Below, one piece after another: positions 8,852-18,810 of a stretch of 64,000 nucleotides of DNA (its first letter is position 1; each line of letters begins with the position of its first letter). Position numbers and translations under genes: made by a program. The notes beneath the pieces are model-generated. The model was not told the origin of the DNA. It worked only from the letters and a program-made list of their open reading frames with translations, and made no database searches. Location of the stretch: the NCBI GenBank assembly GCA_023267635.1, contig JAHFMX010000005.1:1989-65988 (forward strand), in the 5' to 3' direction. The DNA comes from a bacterium (GTDB lineage Bacteria; Patescibacteriota; Minisyncoccia; Phycocordibacterales; UBA5272).

Positions 8852-11191
8852 TTAAATAGCCTGCAGGTTAGTTCCAAGTGTACGAGAAACCACAAGTGGG
8901 AGCGTTGAGAGGTTTCTTTTCTTGAGAACGCTCTCAAGCACGACAACGAGCTGGTCGGCAACAGATTCAGCAACTTCTTTTTCAATTTCAAATACAAGTT
9001 CATCATGAATTTGAATAACAAGCTTCACTTTGTCAGTTAGTCCCTTTTCAACAAGATACTCATGGGCATCAAGCATTGCGAGTTTAAGAATATCTGCAGA
9101 CGTTCCTTGGATTGGGGCGTTGATCGCAATTCTCTCCCCCTGCGCACGAAGGAATGGGAGCGGGCTTTTAAGAAGCGGAACTTCGCGACGGCGTCCGAGA
9201 ATTGTTTCTGTGTACCCATGTTTCCATGCAAACGCTTTTACTTCTTCCAAGTATTCCATCAAACGAACAAACGTTACTTTATACTGATCATAAAATTCCT
9301 GCGCTTCTGCACGTTCAACTTTCATACCTTCTTTAAGAGCAGTAACTCCCATGCCGTACAAAATTCCGAAGTTAATTGCTTTTGCTTTTCGTCTCATATC
9401 AGGTGTTACATCTTCTTCTTTCACATTAAACACACGAGCTGCTGTTCCTGTGTGAACATCTATGTTATTCGCAAAAATTTCTACGAGGTGAGGATCGTTC
9501 GAAAGCATCGCTGCTGCACGAAGATCAATCTGAGCATAATCACACGAAAGAAGAACTTTTCCTTTTGAAGCAACGAAGGCTTCACGAACTTTCTGCCCTA
9601 GCTCACTCTTGATTGGAAGGTTCTGTAGGTTTGGATCTTCACAACTAAATCTTCCCGTCCCCGCCCCTGTTTGAATAAAGTGCGCATGTATTCTTCCGTC
9701 TTCTTTCACGTACTGTGGGAGTGAGTCGATATACGTTGAAAGAAGTTTCATCATTTCTCGATATGTTGAAATCTTGTCCACGATTGGATGTTCATCTCTT
9801 ATTTTTTCAAGCTCTGTTGCATTAGTACTCTTCGCGCCTGTCGCAGTCTTTTTAATCTTTGTCCCAAGATTAAGTTTCTCGTACAATACTTCACTTAACT
9901 GTTTTGGTGAACCAATATTAAACTCCATACCAGCAAGTGTGTAGATTTCTTTTTCTAGTTTCTTTACCTCAATATGAAGATGCTCACTTAGTACTTTGAG
10001 CTCTTTGACATCGAGCGTGATTCCGTTAACTTCCATATCACGAATTCGCGGCATGAGTGGACGCTCTACATCAACAAAGAGCGGCCACAATTTTTCTCGT
10101 TTCAGCTCTTCTTCAAGATACGCTTTCATCTCTGCTGCCGTCTTTTTACCGGTAACATTTTGAATATCAACAACTGAAGCATTAGTCATTTCACTGTGAA
10201 GAAGATGGACCATTACTCGCAACTCTTCCAGATCATCAAATGCAACTTCTTCTTTAACTTCCTCTACTACAACAGGTGCCCCTCTCATTCTTTCGAGCTT
10301 GCTTCTGAGCGATCGGAATTCATACTTATCGCACATCGCTTCATACTGTGAGATGTCTATACTTTCAAGCCATGTTGTGTCTGGCTTCTCATATACACAC
10401 GGCGCATCTCGTCGGATGGTGGCGAGCGTTTTAGAAAACAATGCCTCCTCTTCCCCTTCTTCAACAAGCTTAACCACTCGCTCTTTGAAACCATCAAGAA
10501 GTAACTGATCGCGCTTCTTTTTTAGCTGCTTATAGATGCCTTCAATTTCACCGTACTTCTTAATGAGTTCAGTAGCTGTCTTGTCTCCAATACCTTTAAT
10601 ACCGATGATGTTATCCGACGGATCCCCAGCTAATCCTTTGTAGTCAGGAATACGTTCTGGTCCAAAACCAAAACGATCAATAACCGCTTGTTCATTGTAG
10701 AGAATTGTCTCCGTACCTTTTCTCATGGTGTACACCGTCACGCGATCATCATCTACAAGCTGTAATGTATCCATGTCCCCTGACGCAATAATAATGCGTG
10801 TATCTTTTTCTTTCTTTAACTGCTCTGCGATTGTTCCCAGTAAATCATCTGCTTCAAATCCCTCACACTCATACAAAGGAATTGAGAGTGCTTTACAAAG
10901 ATTTCTTGATTCTTTGATTTGCTCAATGAGTGAGTCATCAGTTTTTGCGCGCCCCGCTTTGTATCCAGCGTAACTTGTGTGACGAAAAGTTGGCTTCGGT
11001 AAATCAAAACATGCAGCAATATAGTCTGGTTGTATTTCTTCAAAGATACGCAGTGTCATGGTAATGAATCCATAGAGCGCCCCTGTTGGTCGTCCATCAT
11101 GCGTAGCAAATCCTGTCATAGCGTGAAACCCACGATGAAGTATCGCATGAGCATCTAGCAGCACAATAGTTGTTCTTTTATCTTTCGTCAT
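8852..11191 (-). CDS. polA: DNA polymerase I (5'-3' exonuclease plus polymerase, reduced 3'-5' exo region)
   Basis: LLDAHAILHRGFHA, EADD, GDPSDN, DYAQIDLR, KAINFGILYG, QIHDELVFE. Confidence 0.95.
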   Translation of the reverse strand: MTKDKRTTIVLLDAHAILHRGFHAMTGFATHDGRPTGALYGFITMTLRIFEEIQPDYIAACFDLPKPTFRHTSYAGYKAGRAKTDDSLIEQIKESRNLCKALSIPLYECEGFEADDLLGTIAEQLKKEKDTRIIIASGDMDTLQLVDDDRVTVYTMRKGTETILYNEQAVIDRFGFGPERIPDYKGLAGDPSDNIIGIKGIGDKTATELIKKYGEIEGIYKQLKKKRDQLLLDGFKERVVKLVEEGEEEALFSKTLATIRRDAPCVYEKPDTTWLESIDISQYEAMCDKYEFRSLRSKLERMRGAPVVVEEVKEEVAFDDLEELRVMVHLLHSEMTNASVVDIQNVTGKKTAAEMKAYLEEELKREKLWPLFVDVERPLMPRIRDMEVNGITLDVKELKVLSEHLHIEVKKLEKEIYTLAGMEFNIGSPKQLSEVLYEKLNLGTKIKKTATGAKSTNATELEKIRDEHPIVDKISTYREMMKLLSTYIDSLPQYVKEDGRIHAHFIQTGAGTGRFSCEDPNLQNLPIKSELGQKVREAFVASKGKVLLSCDYAQIDLRAAAMLSNDPHLVEIFANNIDVHTGTAARVFNVKEEDVTPDMRRKAKAINFGILYGMGVTALKEGMKVERAEAQEFYDQYKVTFVRLMEYLEEVKAFAWKHGYTETILGRRREVPLLKSPLPFLRAQGERIAINAPIQGTSADILKLAMLDAHEYLVEKGLTDKVKLVIQIHDELVFEIEKEVAESVADQLVVVLESVLKKRNLSTLPLVVSRTLGTNLQAI

Positions 11192-11639
11192 AGGAAATAG
11201 TTACCTCGCGAGTCGATTCATCCTGCACCTTAAAATCAATCTCCATATCAGGACGAACATACGTCATCTTTGACGGCCACTCAATAACAATGAGTGCACT
11301 TTCATCTTTCAGGTCTTCCTCGAGTCGTAACACTTTTGCTTCTTCTGGAGAATTAAATCTATACGCATCCACATGAATTAATTTTTTAAATTTTGCATGT
11401 GTTCCCTCGTATTCTTTCTTAAGAATAAATGTCGGACTGTGCACGGTGTGTGATTCTATCCCAAGTACGCCAGCCAAAGATTTTGTAAAGGTTGTTTTTC
11501 CTGCACCCAAGTCTCCAGTAAGCAAAATAACAAATGCCTTCTTGGTGAGGCTGGCTGTATGCATTCCGCTTAAGATAGTGGAAACTCTCTCAGAAAGCCC
11601 TCCTAAGTCTTGTTCTGTAAGTAAAAAAACCTCTTTCAT
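11178..11639 (-). CDS. tsaE: tRNA threonylcarbamoyladenosine biosynthesis ATPase
   Basis: GDLGAGKTTF, SPTF, HVDAYR, IEWP. Confidence 0.92.
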   Translation of the reverse strand: MKEVFLLTEQDLGGLSERVSTILSGMHTASLTKKAFVILLTGDLGAGKTTFTKSLAGVLGIESHTVHSPTFILKKEYEGTHAKFKKLIHVDAYRFNSPEEAKVLRLEEDLKDESALIVIEWPSKMTYVRPDMEIDFKVQDESTREVTISYDER

Positions 11640-11658
11640 TACCCCTATGATACCACGA

Positions 11659-11742
11659 AACAAACCACCCTTTCAGGCTCCCGATTTCATTAGATTGTAA
11701 TCAATCCTTTTGAAATCGCAGTACCTTTAGGTGCGGTTTGTT
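11659..11742 (-). repeat. Dispersed structured repeat, family 1, copy A
   Basis: Reverse complement is nearly identical to 53734-53792 and shares ends and stem geometry with 47333-47391. Confidence 0.8.
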
Positions 11743-11782
11743 AAAAAGAAAAGCGACACCGTACGGTGTCGCTTTTCTTTTT
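11743..11782. terminator. Intrinsic terminator (symmetric A/T tails)
   Basis: AAAAAGAAAAGCGACACCG-TA-CGGTGTCGCTTTTCTTTTT. Confidence 0.8.
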
Positions 11783-11822
11783 ATTTTTCCTGTCGGCTCA
11801 CATAAGGCAATACGTGAACAGT

Positions 11823-13637
11823 TTAGTGAGATACTCGTCTATCAGTTGAGTATGATGAGTAGAGACTTCGTCCAAGGATAAAGATGATGAAGAGGATTGC
11901 AATAAGAGCAAGCCATTCAACAAGAGAGTTTGGAAGGAATCCTCGCTCATCTGAAGCACCAATCACCTTCTTTGAACCTGTGTCTACTTTCGCGTCTGAT
12001 GAAGATGCAACTGAACCAACAACGTATGCTGTTACTTCGTCTTCTACAGTAGTTCCTGGTACTGAATAATTCGTGTACGCAGTTGTAACCATAGACTTAC
12101 CAAGCACGGCATCCTTAGCTACTGTTCCTGTCCAATTGATACTCATTTCTCCGTATGGTGAAAGTGAAACATTTGAAACAGTAAGCACGTGAGTGATAGG
12201 ATCGTAATTTCCTGCTGAAGCATTTGTAAGAGTAATTTCCTGTGGGATAGTTACCTTTACTGTTACTCCAGTAAGCGCACTATCAGAAACGTTCTTAAGT
12301 GTAAGTTTGTAATTAACTACAGAAGAAGCTGTAAGGTTTCCTCCAACCTTTTCAATCTGAAGAGAGATAAGTTTCTGTCCGTTGTTAATAATCTCAGATG
12401 CTGACTTTGAACCTACGGTAACGTATGTACCATCAACACAAAGAACCTGGTTTGTCTTTGTTACTGTCTTAGTAACAGGAGACTTTACGATTGGTTTTAC
12501 ATACGTAACTGCTGTTGTCTTTGTAGTAAACGCTACAATCTCTCCCTTAACTACACCGTACTGGTTCTGCATTACTGCGCGACAGTAGTATGTTGTTCGT
12601 GGCTTAAGATTTGTAAGAACGTTTGAGAATGGCGCTGTTGGAGATGATCCAATGTTTGCCTTTGCTGTCTCGCGTCCAAGGTTTGATGTCTCACCGTATT
12701 CGAACCATCCAGTTGACTGTGCGCCTGAAGCGATAAGTCCGATTCCGTTACAACGAGCGCTTGTAAGAGTGATCTCAGTTGCTACTGATGTGATAACGTT
12801 ATTAAACTTAATGGTCTGTGGAGGAACGTATGGAACATAGGTGTTTCCTACGTAACATGTCTGGTTAACAGGAATACTTGTTCCGTTAGCACATACTTTG
12901 TACTGTGCAGGACAAATTGAGTTAACAGAGATTCTTGATCCATCCCAACAAAGCTGTGTAGTTACTACGGGAGCAACGACTGTACGGTTACATCCAGTTG
13001 TAGGAGACGGAAGCTGTCCGTCAGAACATACAGTGTTTGTATTTGTAGGAATAATGTTTGTACGAGTACATGATCCATTCGTCGGAGCAAAACCATCAGA
13101 ACATACTGTGTTATTAGTTACAGGGAGTGTTGTCGTCCGGTTACACCCTGTTGTTGGTGAAGGAATAGTTCCATCAGAACAACGAGTAACTGTCGTAACA
13201 GGAACTGTAGGCTGCGTTACAACTGGCTGTGTGTACACAGGTTGAGTGTATGTTGGTTGTGTATATACAGGCTGAGTATATGTAGGTTGTGTGTAGGTAT
13301 ATGAAGGGTAACTATATGATGTGCCTGTGTTATACCCAGTCCATGAAGGAGATGTGCTGTAATTAGTTGAACCATAATTAACTGTACCGTACTCTACAGA
13401 GCTGTAAGTAACACCTGTATCATATGTAGGATATATTGTTCCTGTATCATACGTTGGATACGTAGTTGACCAAGATCCTGTGTCGTATGTCGGATATGTT
13501 GTAGACCAAGAACCTGTGTCGTAGCTTGGGTAAGTTGTTGACCATGAGCCATCTTCTTGAGCAATAGCAATAGCTACTCCTGAGAGGAGATTCATTGTAA
13601 GCATTACAGCAAGCATTTTCTGAGTGATGTGTTTCAT
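11823..13637 (-). CDS. Repeat-rich cell-surface protein (signal peptide, Thr/Tyr repeats, CxDG repeats, FN3-like and DUF11-like Ig domains, C-terminal TM)
   Basis: GSWSTTYP(S/T)YDT x3, TQP(T/V)Y repeats, CSDG units, WFEYG...LKPRTTYYCR, C-terminal hydrophobic anchor; TTGACT-17-TATAAT upstream. Confidence 0.7.
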   Translation of the reverse strand: MKHITQKMLAVMLTMNLLSGVAIAIAQEDGSWSTTYPSYDTGSWSTTYPTYDTGSWSTTYPTYDTGTIYPTYDTGVTYSSVEYGTVNYGSTNYSTSPSWTGYNTGTSYSYPSYTYTQPTYTQPVYTQPTYTQPVYTQPVVTQPTVPVTTVTRCSDGTIPSPTTGCNRTTTLPVTNNTVCSDGFAPTNGSCTRTNIIPTNTNTVCSDGQLPSPTTGCNRTVVAPVVTTQLCWDGSRISVNSICPAQYKVCANGTSIPVNQTCYVGNTYVPYVPPQTIKFNNVITSVATEITLTSARCNGIGLIASGAQSTGWFEYGETSNLGRETAKANIGSSPTAPFSNVLTNLKPRTTYYCRAVMQNQYGVVKGEIVAFTTKTTAVTYVKPIVKSPVTKTVTKTNQVLCVDGTYVTVGSKSASEIINNGQKLISLQIEKVGGNLTASSVVNYKLTLKNVSDSALTGVTVKVTIPQEITLTNASAGNYDPITHVLTVSNVSLSPYGEMSINWTGTVAKDAVLGKSMVTTAYTNYSVPGTTVEDEVTAYVVGSVASSSDAKVDTGSKKVIGASDERGFLPNSLVEWLALIAILFIIFILGRSLYSSYSTDRRVSH

Positions 13638-13721
13638 ATAATAATTATGGTTATATGATATGCATTATACTACACATGATTACAAAAGTCAATAGCCTTA
13701 AATAAGTTACCTCTTCAATAT

Positions 13722-13753
13722 AAAAAACACCCAGACGATTCCTCGTCTGGGTG
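13722..13753 (-). terminator. Intrinsic terminator of 13770-14516
   Basis: CACCCAGACGA/TCGTCTGGGTG stem with U-tail on the minus strand. Confidence 0.7.
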
Positions 13754-13769
13754 CATTGTCAAATGCGCG

Positions 13770-14516
13770 TCATTTCACCTGAACATGACTAAAGGTCGTG
13801 CTGGAGATGGTGCCTTTACCGTCCTTCACGCCAACCGCGATGCCGTTTTTGGCAGCAACCCGTGCATTCCACTGCTTTTCCGATTCAGCTCCAACGCGGG
13901 GTTCAACCTGAATAGCAGAGCACTGGGACGGCATCCCAGAGATAAGGCGATCCGCGTAGCAACCACGCTTGTTAGCAGCAGTTGCCTCTGGATGCACCCA
14001 GCCCCAGAACGCGCCGCCTGCTGGAGGTGGTGAAAGCACTGCCTCTTTTTGGTCAGACACAGGCTTGCGACTGTCGGCCACGTTGCCACCTTTCTTCGGC
14101 GCCTTCTTGGGCGGTGCTTTTTGCACAACAGGAACTTCCTTGCCGACACATTTTTCGCCGACGATTTTCTCCACCTCGGAGGCAGAGACGCCGAAAGTTT
14201 CAACCTTCGGGACTTTTTGCGCCGCGAGTTTCAGTTGATCGACTTCGTCCTGAAGTTTTTTCAGTTCGACCTTGTGGGCCACCTTGGCTTCCTTGCGGTC
14301 ACCCAGGTTGTCACACAAAAGAAAGACGGAAAAGAGGAACAGGAGGGCGGCCGCAATAAATGCGCCGATCGCCATCTTCTTCCACTTTTGCGTTTCCTGC
14401 TTGGATTCGCCGAGTTTGCTGTTGAGCTCGTCAGCGACAGTTTTCAAGCGGACCGAATAATCGGAATCGCTTTCGCCTTGGCCTTTTTCAAAGCCGTTCG
14501 GGTTCATGACTTGCAT
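13770..14516 (-). CDS. GC-rich hypothetical membrane-anchored protein
   Basis: Single TM helix, coiled coil; AAGGAG SD; TTGACT-16-TATACT promoter at 14624-14597. Confidence 0.65.
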   Translation of the reverse strand: MQVMNPNGFEKGQGESDSDYSVRLKTVADELNSKLGESKQETQKWKKMAIGAFIAAALLFLFSVFLLCDNLGDRKEAKVAHKVELKKLQDEVDQLKLAAQKVPKVETFGVSASEVEKIVGEKCVGKEVPVVQKAPPKKAPKKGGNVADSRKPVSDQKEAVLSPPPAGGAFWGWVHPEATAANKRGCYADRLISGMPSQCSAIQVEPRVGAESEKQWNARVAAKNGIAVGVKDGKGTISSTTFSHVQVK

Positions 14517-14650
14517 GAGATTTCTCCTTCAAAAAGGTTTTCAAATAAAAGAACTAGCTTCGAGTGGGCCGTGTATGCACCACGCTCTTAAGTATTAGTA
14601 TACAGTAAATTATAAAAAAGTCAATAGCTTCATTCATTATGTTTGGATAT

Positions 14651-14678
14651 AAAAAACCGACCCTGAGTAGGGTCGGTT
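14651..14678 (-). terminator. Intrinsic terminator of 14706-15410
   Basis: AACCGACCCT/AGGGTCGGTT stem with U-tail on the minus strand. Confidence 0.7.
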
Positions 14679-14705
14679 GCCTTCAAAAGAAAGCTTGTGG
14701 GAGAA

Positions 14706-15410
14706 TTACTCCTGAAAACGAGGGGCGTCCCCTGGCAAGCACGCGAACGTGTTGTGTTGAGGGTGTCCTTGCCAGTTGAGGCGGCCCCAGGTTTTACCTG
14801 TCCCGCAAACGGGGGCATGTCCTTGCGACATGACCTGCGAAGCCTTGCCTGTGACAAGGCCTTCTGCTTTTTGGCGAGCCTTTGCTTCACAGGTCGGGGT
14901 GTCAGCTTCCTTGGTGACGACGCCGTCAATGTTGCAGAAGACGCCGCGAGTCGAAGACTGAACACCGCCTTGGTGTCCGTAGCCAACGTTTTCGTGTTGA
15001 TGTCCTTGTGGAACCGCAACACGCTGACCTTGGTTGCTCATCATTGGGCAAAACACATTGCCGGCGAGAAAGCCGAGCAATCCGCCGCCTTCGGTGTGTT
15101 TGGCATCGTTACCATCCCGTGCTCCGAGATAGCGTCCGCCGCGTTCCACCAGTCCAGCGCAGAAACTGCTACTGCCTTGAGTTGAACCAAACGGAGCACT
15201 CGAACCGTAGTACGGTTGTGGTTGCGCGACAATAATGTTCTGACCACCGACGTGTCCACCGCTGTTTTGGGTGCACCACATGCCGTTGGTAAGAATCACC
15301 GGAGGCGAACCCGCGGGAATCAGTCCGCTGTTGGGATAGCAAGCAGCAGAAGCCGCTTGAACACCACACAGAAAAGCCAAAGCTGCGAGAGTTTTGAAAA
15401 ACGTGCTCAT
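14706..15410 (-). CDS. GC-rich secreted Cys/Gly-rich protein with glycine-zipper-like segment
   Basis: Start MSTFFKTLAALAFLCGVQAASA (signal peptide) with AAGGAG SD; GGGLLGFLAGN; TTGACA-16-TATACT at 15525-15498. Confidence 0.65.
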   Translation of the reverse strand: MSTFFKTLAALAFLCGVQAASAACYPNSGLIPAGSPPVILTNGMWCTQNSGGHVGGQNIIVAQPQPYYGSSAPFGSTQGSSSFCAGLVERGGRYLGARDGNDAKHTEGGGLLGFLAGNVFCPMMSNQGQRVAVPQGHQHENVGYGHQGGVQSSTRGVFCNIDGVVTKEADTPTCEAKARQKAEGLVTGKASQVMSQGHAPVCGTGKTWGRLNWQGHPQHNTFACLPGDAPRFQE

Positions 15411-15730
15411 GACGAACTCCTTGAAATTGAAACGATTTGAAAGGGCAACTGAGCGTAGATTTAACGGAACTAATTCCACCCTATCTAGCATGTATACAGT
15501 ATACATGAAATATAGGATTTGTCAAGTCCTTTTCTTTTATCAAACAAAGAGGCCTATCCCCTCACTTTTATTCCAAAAGCCTAGCCCCTTCACGACGTCC
15601 ACCATAAAAATAATCTAACTATAGAAGATTGAGTGCTATGTGTATTTTTATGCGGTCGGGTACATGGATAGCGAAAAATATAATCGAGATGACCACATCT
15701 CTCTTTATTTTTCTGGTATATACTAATGCC

Positions 15731-17434
15731 ATGACAATTGTCTTTGATGATGCACTCCAAAACCATAGACTTGACGAACTTCGTAAAGACGAAGAAGAGC
15801 AGCTCGTAAAAATCCTTTCTGACAAATACGGACTTCCTTATATTGATTTGCGAGGAATAGCGCCAGAACCTGACGCAATGCAATTTGTGAAAGAAGAAGA
15901 AGCGCGAGCCGCAGGATGTGTGCCTTTTAAGGTGGTTGGGCGTAAATTATATGTTGCCACTCTCTCCCCTTCTAATTCAAAATTAGAAGAACTTATTCGT
16001 CCTATTGAAACTAGGGGGTCAGAAATTATTCTCTATCTTTGTTCTCACGCGTCTCTTGAACATGTACTTTCTCGTTACGCGGATTTGAACCAATCAACAA
16101 AAGTTGAGAGTGGGATGCTTGAACTAACCAAAGAAAAGATGGTTACACTTATGGCGAGTTTCAGTAACATCGACGAGCTGCGTCAGCAATTCGATCTTCT
16201 CCTTGGTTCACCTGTGCTCTACAAAACAACACGAGTGATAGAACTCATTGTTGCTGGGGCTCTTAAGTTTGATGCGTCAGACATTCACATCGAACCAGAG
16301 GAAGAGAAAGTGCGTCTGCGGTATCGTTTAAATGGTGTGTTGGATGACATTGCTTTCTTTGATTTTGCTGCGCTTAAAAACATCACCAGTCGATTGAAGC
16401 TTCTCTCAGGACTTAAACTCTCCACAACGGCGAATGCTCAGGACGGGCGATTTAGTATTGATCTAGGAGATGTTGAGGTAGACGTTCGCGTGTCTGTTGT
16501 TCCAGGAAATTATGGTGAATCTTTCGTAATGCGTTTACTTGATCCACGACACACTGTTTCTAATCTGGATAACATTGCGTTCCCTGCACGACTCCGCGAG
16601 CTTGTTGAACACTCACTCGTTAAACCAAACGGTGTTATTTTAACTACTGGGCCAACAGGATCTGGAAAAACAACGACACTCTACGCGTTTTTACATAAGG
16701 TATATAATCCTGAAGTAAAAATTATTACGATTGAAGATCCAATCGAATATCACTTTGAAGGTATTACACAAACTCAGGTAGAGGAAGAAAAAGGATATAC
16801 ATTTCTTTCTGGTCTTCGAGCGGCGCTTCGCCAAGACCCTGACGTAATCATGGTGGGAGAAATTCGAGATGAAGACACAGCTAAAGTAGCGATTAACGCA
16901 GCCCTCACAGGACACTTGGTGCTTTCAACACTTCACACCAACAACGCTGCTGGAACTATTCCACGTTTAATTGATCTTGGCATAAATCCAAAAGTTATTG
17001 CGGGAGCGCTTTCTCTTGCACTTGCTCAGCGCCTTGTGAGAACTCTCTGTCAAGAATGTAAAGCCGCCTATGAAACAACAGAAAAAGAAGCTCGTATTAT
17101 TACGACTATTTTGGGTGATATGAAAACATCTGGTAAAGAACCTGAGATGATGGGGCATGTTCCAGCGCTCACCTACTCTATATTTAAACCAGTTGGATGT
17201 GCTAAGTGTGAAATGACAGGATACAAAGGGCGTATCGGAATCTTTGAGGCAATTGTAATGACTGAGGCTGTTGAAAAGACGCTTATTACGAATCCGAGCG
17301 AGCGAGAAGTGCGTGCGGCAGCCAAAGATCAAGGAATCCCTACCCTTCGTGAAGATGCTATAATTAAGGTACTCGAAGGTATTACTTCACTTGATGAAGT
17401 TTCCAGAGTGGTAGATCTTTATAGTGAAAGCTAA
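15731..17434 (+). CDS. pilB: GspE/PilB-family type IV pilus assembly ATPase
   Basis: ASDIHIEP, QDGRF, GPTGSGKTTT, TIEDPIE, LRQDPD, STLHTN, CxxC...CxxC. Confidence 0.88.
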   Translation: MTIVFDDALQNHRLDELRKDEEEQLVKILSDKYGLPYIDLRGIAPEPDAMQFVKEEEARAAGCVPFKVVGRKLYVATLSPSNSKLEELIRPIETRGSEIILYLCSHASLEHVLSRYADLNQSTKVESGMLELTKEKMVTLMASFSNIDELRQQFDLLLGSPVLYKTTRVIELIVAGALKFDASDIHIEPEEEKVRLRYRLNGVLDDIAFFDFAALKNITSRLKLLSGLKLSTTANAQDGRFSIDLGDVEVDVRVSVVPGNYGESFVMRLLDPRHTVSNLDNIAFPARLRELVEHSLVKPNGVILTTGPTGSGKTTTLYAFLHKVYNPEVKIITIEDPIEYHFEGITQTQVEEEKGYTFLSGLRAALRQDPDVIMVGEIRDEDTAKVAINAALTGHLVLSTLHTNNAAGTIPRLIDLGINPKVIAGALSLALAQRLVRTLCQECKAAYETTEKEARIITTILGDMKTSGKEPEMMGHVPALTYSIFKPVGCAKCEMTGYKGRIGIFEAIVMTEAVEKTLITNPSEREVRAAAKDQGIPTLREDAIIKVLEGITSLDEVSRVVDLYSES

Positions 17435-17472
17435 GCAGGATATGAGACGATTTTTGATTCCAGTAAGACTTT

Positions 17473-17555
17473 AGATGTGAGGCGTGACTAAGATTTTTTA
17501 CGAAGGTGTACGAAATAGTACTCCGAGAAAAAAATTGACGTCACAACAAAGCAGA
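17473..17555 (-). repeat. Dispersed long-hairpin repeat, family 2, copy A
   Basis: Reverse complement TCTGCTTTGTTG...GTAC-loop-GTAC...GCCTCACATCT matches the ends of 47389-47471. Confidence 0.7.
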
Positions 17556-17572
17556 TAAGGTTTTAATGGAAG

Positions 17573-17752
17573 ACAAAAACCCATATACCTCTAAGCAACC
17601 CCTTGGTGAAGAACGATCCTTCATAAGGATAGGCACAGAACGTAGCAAGTACGACCAGACCGTCCTCCGAATTAGAAAGTGAAAACTAGGTTTCCGATTG
17701 TTTAGAGATATATGGGTTCTGACAAAGTTGTGAACTGCTTGCAATCCACTAC
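17573..17752 (-). ncRNA. Candidate structured non-coding RNA
   Basis: TTGACA-16-(TGn)TATAAT at 17786-17759 faces a gene-poor region closed by a 21-bp stem (19/21) followed by a U-tract. Confidence 0.4.
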
Positions 17753-17816
17753 CAGCTAATTATAGCACATAAAAAACTTTTGTCAAATCCCCTTCCTTAC
17801 CCTCAAAAAAGACCCC

Positions 17817-18809
17817 ATGTCTACCCCTACTCCAAAAATTGCAAAAGTTGAAAGTGAAGAGACACGACATTTGGACAGCACTCTTCGTCCAGATACTTTT
17901 TCTGATTATATTGGACAAGAAACCATTAAAAAGAATCTTCATATTCTTCTTACCGCAGCAAAAGAACGCGGCGCCCCACCTGAACATATTCTTTTATACG
18001 GTCCCCCAGGACTTGGAAAGACGACACTTGCCCATCTCATCGCAAAAGAGTTGAATGCTAACTTAAAATTATCGAGCGGTCCTGCGATTATGAAAGTTGG
18101 AGACCTCGCTGCGATACTAACGAACCTCACTCCGGGGGACGTTCTCTTCATTGATGAAATTCATCGTTTAAATAAAATGATTGAAGAGGTTCTTTACCCT
18201 GCAATGGAATCAGGGCAGCTTGATATCGTGATCGGTAAAGGTCCTTCAGCCAGAACAATACAACTCGACCTTCCTCCATTTACACTTATCGGAGCAACGA
18301 CTCGTATTTCTCTTCTCTCGTCCCCTCTTCGTTCACGATTCTCAGGAGGAGTACACAGACTTCAATATTATACAGAAGACGAGATTGCAACGATTGTAAA
18401 AAATAGTGGGAAAATTTTAGGGGCGGACGTTCCACATGACGCAGCGTTTGAAATTGCAAAGCGTTCTCGCTTCACACCGCGTATTGCAAACTACTACCTC
18501 AAACGTGCTCGAGATTACGCTCAAGTCCATAAAGCAAACATTGATCGTGACATTGTAGACGTTTCTCTTTCGCTTCTTGAGATTGACCAATTCGGTCTTG
18601 GTATTGCTGAACGTATGGTGCTTGATTCTCTTATTAACACATTCAATGGTGGGCCTGTTGGATTAAACACACTCGCCGCAGCAACAGGAGAAGAGATGGC
18701 AACTATTGAAGACGTAACTGAGCCGTACCTTCTCCAGATTGGGATGATCGAACGAACGCCACGCGGGAGAAAAGCGACAGACAAAGCGCTTCTTCATTTT
18801 AAGAAATAA
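17817..18809 (+). CDS. ruvB: Holliday junction branch migration helicase
   Basis: LRP..F.DYIGQ, GPPGLGKTTLA, FIDEIHRL, GATTR, ERTPRGR. Confidence 0.96.
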   Translation: MSTPTPKIAKVESEETRHLDSTLRPDTFSDYIGQETIKKNLHILLTAAKERGAPPEHILLYGPPGLGKTTLAHLIAKELNANLKLSSGPAIMKVGDLAAILTNLTPGDVLFIDEIHRLNKMIEEVLYPAMESGQLDIVIGKGPSARTIQLDLPPFTLIGATTRISLLSSPLRSRFSGGVHRLQYYTEDEIATIVKNSGKILGADVPHDAAFEIAKRSRFTPRIANYYLKRARDYAQVHKANIDRDIVDVSLSLLEIDQFGLGIAERMVLDSLINTFNGGPVGLNTLAAATGEEMATIEDVTEPYLLQIGMIERTPRGRKATDKALLHFKK

Positions 18810-18810
18810 T

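Noticed and set aside
13440-13550. 36-bp tandem repeats resembling a CRISPR repeat length
   Set aside because: They are head-to-tail, in frame inside a CDS, have no unique spacers and vary at synonymous sites; no cas genes are present.
13785-15440. Many overlapping alternative-frame ORFs
   Set aside because: Expected shadow ORFs of GC-rich genes; only the two minus-strand frames have SD, promoter and terminator.
17541-17744. 67-aa minus-strand ORF
   Set aside because: Non-ATG start, no recognisable motif, and it runs through a long stem and into a repeat; an ncRNA reading is preferred but unproven.
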